This document shows, one piece after another, positions 59,601 through 64,000 of a DNA stretch of 64,000 nt. The number at the start of each line of letters is the position of its first letter. Within the stretch, counting starts at the first letter, position 1. Location of the stretch: positions 7,224,485 to 7,288,484 of the forward strand of contig NC_134027.1 in assembly GCF_964204645.1 (NCBI RefSeq), in the 5' to 3' direction. A model generated the notes under the pieces. That model was not told where the DNA came from. It was given only the letters and a program-made list of their open reading frames with translations, and ran no database searches. The stretch comes from Tubulanus polymorphus (lineage: Eukaryota; Animalia; Nemertea). Position numbers and translations under genes: made by a program.

Positions 59601-62600
59601 AGAAAGGATTCCAGTGGGTAATGAAAGTTCCTATACCAAATGAGGAAACTGATAAACCAACCCACAAAACAGCACTACAGAAAAACCATGCCTTAGTCGG
59701 ATTTTTTCCAGGAGGGGTTCATAAAAAATGTTAATGTTCGACTGCCGACGAAAATCTCTAATGATAGGAGGCCTATATGGCATATTGTTTGGCCTTGTTT
59801 GACATAAGACGATATTGTACTGATTATGTGGTACTGTCCGTATTTGTCTTGAGTGCATTCCTTCAAGAAAACGATTAAAAACACTTTTTGGTAGCTGAGC
59901 AGGGGGTCACGACCCCTGAAACTCCCTCTGGATCAGTGCCTGATATGGCCAACTCGAACTTTTGACTTACTCGGACAAAAATGAAATCATTTTGGTCCGA
60001 GTTAGGAAAGGTTTACTGTATTAATAAAAGACAATACCTGTGCTCTCGTTAATCAACTGTATAATTCATGTGGTGCAACATTCAAGTGATCAATTGATAT
60101 CATTGCTCACTTGTAACATGCTACCACAACCAAGAGACATCATCACGAGATAAAAACATTAAAGGGAATGAAGAGAAAAAACAAAAATGTAGACTGCTAC
60201 CTTCTGTATCCGTTGCACTCTGAACGATTTTTGTCAGTTTGCCTGTAACAGATTTGTGATAGGCTGCTGGATCATCTCCCTGGTCTGTCGGTTCGTAACG
60301 ACCATTTCCAATAGACATAACACATTGAAAGTCCTCGTTTGGCCACAACAGTTTGCATTCATGAATTCCAATAGCAGTCGGGTTGTTTGTCAAAATACCT
60401 CCGTCCTGAAAAAATACATTGCTATTCTCATGAGAAGCGGTCTACATCATCGCACATCTTCTGCATCGTAGAGTAATGTAGATTAAGTGGGTCACATAAA
60501 CATGCCCACTAGGTAAAATGTTTGACAATCTCACAATTTCAATAATTAATGCCCCCTGGAGAACAAATACAGCAATCGAGAACCTTGAAACTCACTACAA
60601 TCATAGGGCATAGCGAGATTTTGGTGAACAAGAATAGCAGCTAGTCAGCCATCCTGATTTTGATCTAGCTAGTTTTTGGGCCATAGATGTGTCTAGAGTA
60701 CATACTATATGCACAAACCAAATATCAAGACAATCCATTGAAGTGTCTTCTATACTTCCTACAATAACTGGATTTCGTCTATGGACGAACAGATGACAGA
60801 TGAAAAGTGAACACAAAAGCAGCAAGTAATAGAAATTGCTTTTTAATTGAATGTAGATTACCTGATGCACGTCATCACCAAGTGGAAACTCTTCAAAATA
60901 TCCGGGTGCTGCTGACGAAGCCCGAATTGCTTCCCAAAGACGATATTTACATGTACCATCAAAATGTGACTGCACACCCGATGGTAGATTGTAGTTGCGG
61001 AAAATGAAATGACGCAATTTCGCAACATTTACGAGCGTTGAAACAGCACAAATCTGAAATGAAAAAAAATCGATATGTATAGTTAAAATGAATATGACGT
61101 TGTGGGACTAGGTCTAGTCGAAAGTGCTGTAAACTTCGTAATTCCATAAACATCTTAGTGTTAATACTTCCTCACAGTAGATGGCGACACATGTCAGAGC
61201 TGTTTATGCTTACCTTTGGACAAATACTTTCCCGGGCAGATTCAATCAGAGTTTTTTCATGGCCAATATTTTTCCTGAAACAAATAATACAGATGTAAAG
61301 CTCACCAAAGGGCAGATACAGCAATTCAACTTTCGAAATTGTCAACATAGCTCACTTAAGAATTTTAATCCAGAGATCTGTATCATAGTAGGCATGGTTC
61401 AAGAAAAGTTTTCCAGCACCGATTAGTGTATTTCTCGAGAACATGTCAGCACTAAATTCTTTATATATCTGTTCAATCTTATCCAATGGCAAACGATAAA
61501 CACCCAGAAATATAGCGAGCAATGAACCAGTGCTGACGCCACAAATGTAGTCAAATAGCTCGTACACCTTTCTGCCAGTTTGAGCCTCAATCTTGCGCAA
61601 AATTTCAACAGCGATCAAACCTCTGAAAAGCAATTAAACTTTTAGTCTGCTGAAATGAAATCTTTTACATTCTCTGAATTTGAGAACTTACCTTGTGCCG
61701 CCACCATCTAGTGTCAGAAGACGTATACCTTTTCCTTTCACTGGATCAACATGTCCAAGAATAGCAAGAGTTTCATTGATCTGAGCTAACAAAGCTTTAT
61801 CCTTTGTGTGACGAATGCGCAGCAAATGGGACGTGATATTTGTCTTGAACATACAAAAAAAACCAGAAATATTCAAAATCATTTCTCTCAACAGATACAA
61901 GCATAGAGCGCATTAGATTCATGGGCTTTTATAATCGTTCAAACCCAAAAAAACAGTAACTTAATTAAATCATAGTTATCGACGACATGAGCATCTGCCT
62001 ACCTTTAGAGCTGCTGATCTAGCTTCAGGATATGCCAACAGATGTTTGGAAAGTTCCTCTAAACGGGTCACTCTAGACATATTGGATTCCGTTGTTTTTA
62101 AAGCAGTCACCAGTGCTCGTGTCCTTCGATTCAAGTCTGCTTTCGTCACCACATTCGCTTTCTTTTTCACTATTTTTGGCTTTGACGAATCCACCGAGCT
62201 TTTTCCACTAAACGAAGGAATGATATCACGAACTCTTTCGACGAAAGGTTCCACTGTTGCTAAGACGCCAGATTTTCCAGTCGTAGATTTCGGTTTCTTA
62301 TCACTGTTCTCATCATCCACTTTTGCAGATTGTCTCACTCCAAATTCTGAGGGAGAAGATGACGCAGAATTGCTCATTGAAGAGACTTTGGTGAAATAAA
62401 GGTGAACCGATTGCTTTGGGCCGCAATCAAAATCACTTATATCCGAGTCTGCCATTTCGCACATAGCCTGTTCGAAATTATGCTGCTCCCTGCTTGAAAC
62501 TGTGAGATCTTTTCGAATGAAATCATTTTTCTCAGGTTTGGCGACAAATGTCTCATCACTCTGCATGTTTATATCACTTTTTACTGCTTTTGTTTCATTT

Positions 62601-63148
62601 CTTGGAGAATTTGTAATATCAGTATTCGGACCAGTGCATTTGCTCATGTCGTCAGAAACTGTATCTTTTTTATGTACATCACCCACTGTGTCAATTAAGC
62701 TTGTTTCACCTCTCTCCGAAGGATAAACGTCATTCTTGGGGGATTTCATTCTAAATGCGCTTGGTAAATATTTTTCATAATCTGATAAGAAATTGACTGC
62801 TCTTCTCTTCTGAAGTTCCAGGTTCAGAGCTGAAACACTTTTCACAAGATCTCGTAACACCGACCAACTTTTATTATGCGTTTCGGGATTATTGATAACT
62901 GTTTCTTTGCTGGTCAAAGTTCGAACATTTCGCGAATAGAATTTTACTAATTTTCCCACTTTTTCAATACCTTGAATTTGATATGATTTTGGCGACATGG
63001 GTTTATTTCTAGTATCTTTGTTTATGGAAGAACTTCCTCGTCTGATACCTTTAGAATGATGGTCTATTTGCGATGTCGTCGATCCAGTTCGATATGTCCA
63101 TCGGTTTGGGCTGTGCAATCTATACATAGAACTTCGTGAAACCAGCAT
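50607..63148 (-). CDS. PNPLA8: Calcium-independent phospholipase A2-gamma (patatin-like phospholipase 8)
   Basis: Long N-terminal exon 63148-62002; GIRLLTLDGGGTR|G, FDYICGVSTG (GxSxG), FRNYNLP..WEAIRASSAAPGYF, DGGILTNNPTAIGIHECKLLWP, SATDTE, then a ~9.3-kb intron, then AVHTMMYDLLPPSIYFRFNPYLSEEFQLDE ending at 50607. Confidence 0.95.
51146..51331. mobile_element. Tc1/mariner (Tigger/pogo-like) MITE
   Basis: TA followed by CAGTTGAACCTCATTAATACGA, with inverse end TCGTTGTGATGCGGCTCCACTG; related end fragments near 18224, 41840-41945 and 59990-60021. Confidence 0.6.
51998..52190. mobile_element. MITE, same family as 16445-16670
   Basis: GGCTAAAAATTGATAC... / ...GAAACAAGGTATCATTTTTAGCC. Confidence 0.6.
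56233..56358 (+). mobile_element. 126-bp insertion with hammerhead-like core and 12-bp TSD (Penelope-like fragment)
   Basis: CCGTGTAGCTGT at 56221-56232 and 56359-56370; core CTGAAGA-T-GGGTGGA-AGTAA-TCCTCCC-GAAA-CATC at 56268-56302. Confidence 0.6.
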
Positions 63149-63499
63149 TTTTACGGACGTTTCAACGAATGCTTTCAATATTTAGTCTCTGAAAAGACCA
63201 AATAAGCCATATCGATAATGATAAGCACCTGTAACAATGTTTTGTAAATTAAATAAATTTTATTGAATTGGCAAAAAACTCACTCACTGAATGAATGAAT
63301 TCACCAATCAAAACAACAGCAATCCGTTCTGCATTCTCAGTAAACAGCAATATCAATCGATTCTGAGGATGCTCTTGATCCTTTTTTCACTGAAGTTGTC
63401 ACAGAATCTGGAGAAAATCATCCGAAATGCGTTAAAATCACGCGCTAGGTAAAGAATAATAGTGCTCACATGAATTTTTATTTATTTACTTTCTTGTCA

Positions 63500-63636
63500 A
63501 TAATCACTTCCGTGTTCCGATCTACAAACGCCGGGCTGTGATTGGCTAGATTATATGGGCTGACCCGCTCGGGTGTTTCCGGAAAACTACGGTCGTTGTT
63601 TACAAACAAACAGCGCGCATGGTGTGGGCGGTGAGT
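63500..63636. promoter_or_regulatory. PNPLA8 promoter, probably bidirectional with the first exon of a + strand gene continuing beyond the window
   Basis: ETS-like CACTTCCG ~63505, reverse CCAAT (GATTGG ~63540), TTCCGGAAA; ATGGTGTGGGCG is followed by a strong donor GTGAGT at 63631. Confidence 0.4.
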
Positions 63637-64000
63637 CATTTTCAATTTCAATTCAAATTTTATTCAGCAAAACACACAATATCCAGGGCCCAATTCCACA
63701 ATTGTTTTTGGATATCAGAGCAAGGATCCATTTTCCTCAAACGGTTATAAATACATATGATATTCTGGATCCAGCAAAACTTAACGAAAGTCAAGGTTAA
63801 TTAATTCTCAGACACTCTTGAAAATTAAATTTAACCCAGTCAGAGAAATGCACAATTAGCAGGTCCAGTCGATTTGAAAATACAATCCCATAATAAAGAA
63901 TTAAGTACTTTGATGATTCATTTTAATTCTTAAAATTCAATTTTATTCCGTGCATTCATGAATCTACAGTACATGTAAAAATATTTTGTAGAAGCAACAA

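Noticed and set aside
50862-60200. Conserved microRNA genes in the long introns
   Set aside because: No recalled bilaterian mature miRNA sequence or clean pre-miRNA hairpin was seen by eye; novel ones are not excluded.

Overview
Eukaryotic, AT-rich, intron-dense genomic DNA from a metazoan invertebrate (probably a spiralian/marine invertebrate; taxon not determinable here). The ORF track mostly shows single exons, so genes were rebuilt by hand from GT-AG boundaries and exon coordinates are approximate. Gene order: 5'-truncated TTC3/DZIP3/RBM44-family RING-H2 gene (+), HDAC11 (+), RIB43A/RIBC (-) head-to-head with POC1 (+), an SQ-rich coiled-coil orphan tentatively IHO1/Mer2-like (-), LIN37 (-), a LINE RT relic, neuroglian/L1-family CAM (-), and PNPLA8 (-). 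The most notable non-coding items are three short TSD-flanked insertions carrying minimal hammerhead-ribozyme cores (Penelope-like), two paralogous SNORD67-like C/D snoRNAs in POC1 introns that share one mismatch to canonical U6, and a 1.75-kb foldback element with ~500-bp arms starting just past the PNPLA8 stop codon. Several MITEs and an (AT)n tract that begins at a splice donor are also present. All family assignments come from recalled motifs, not database searches.
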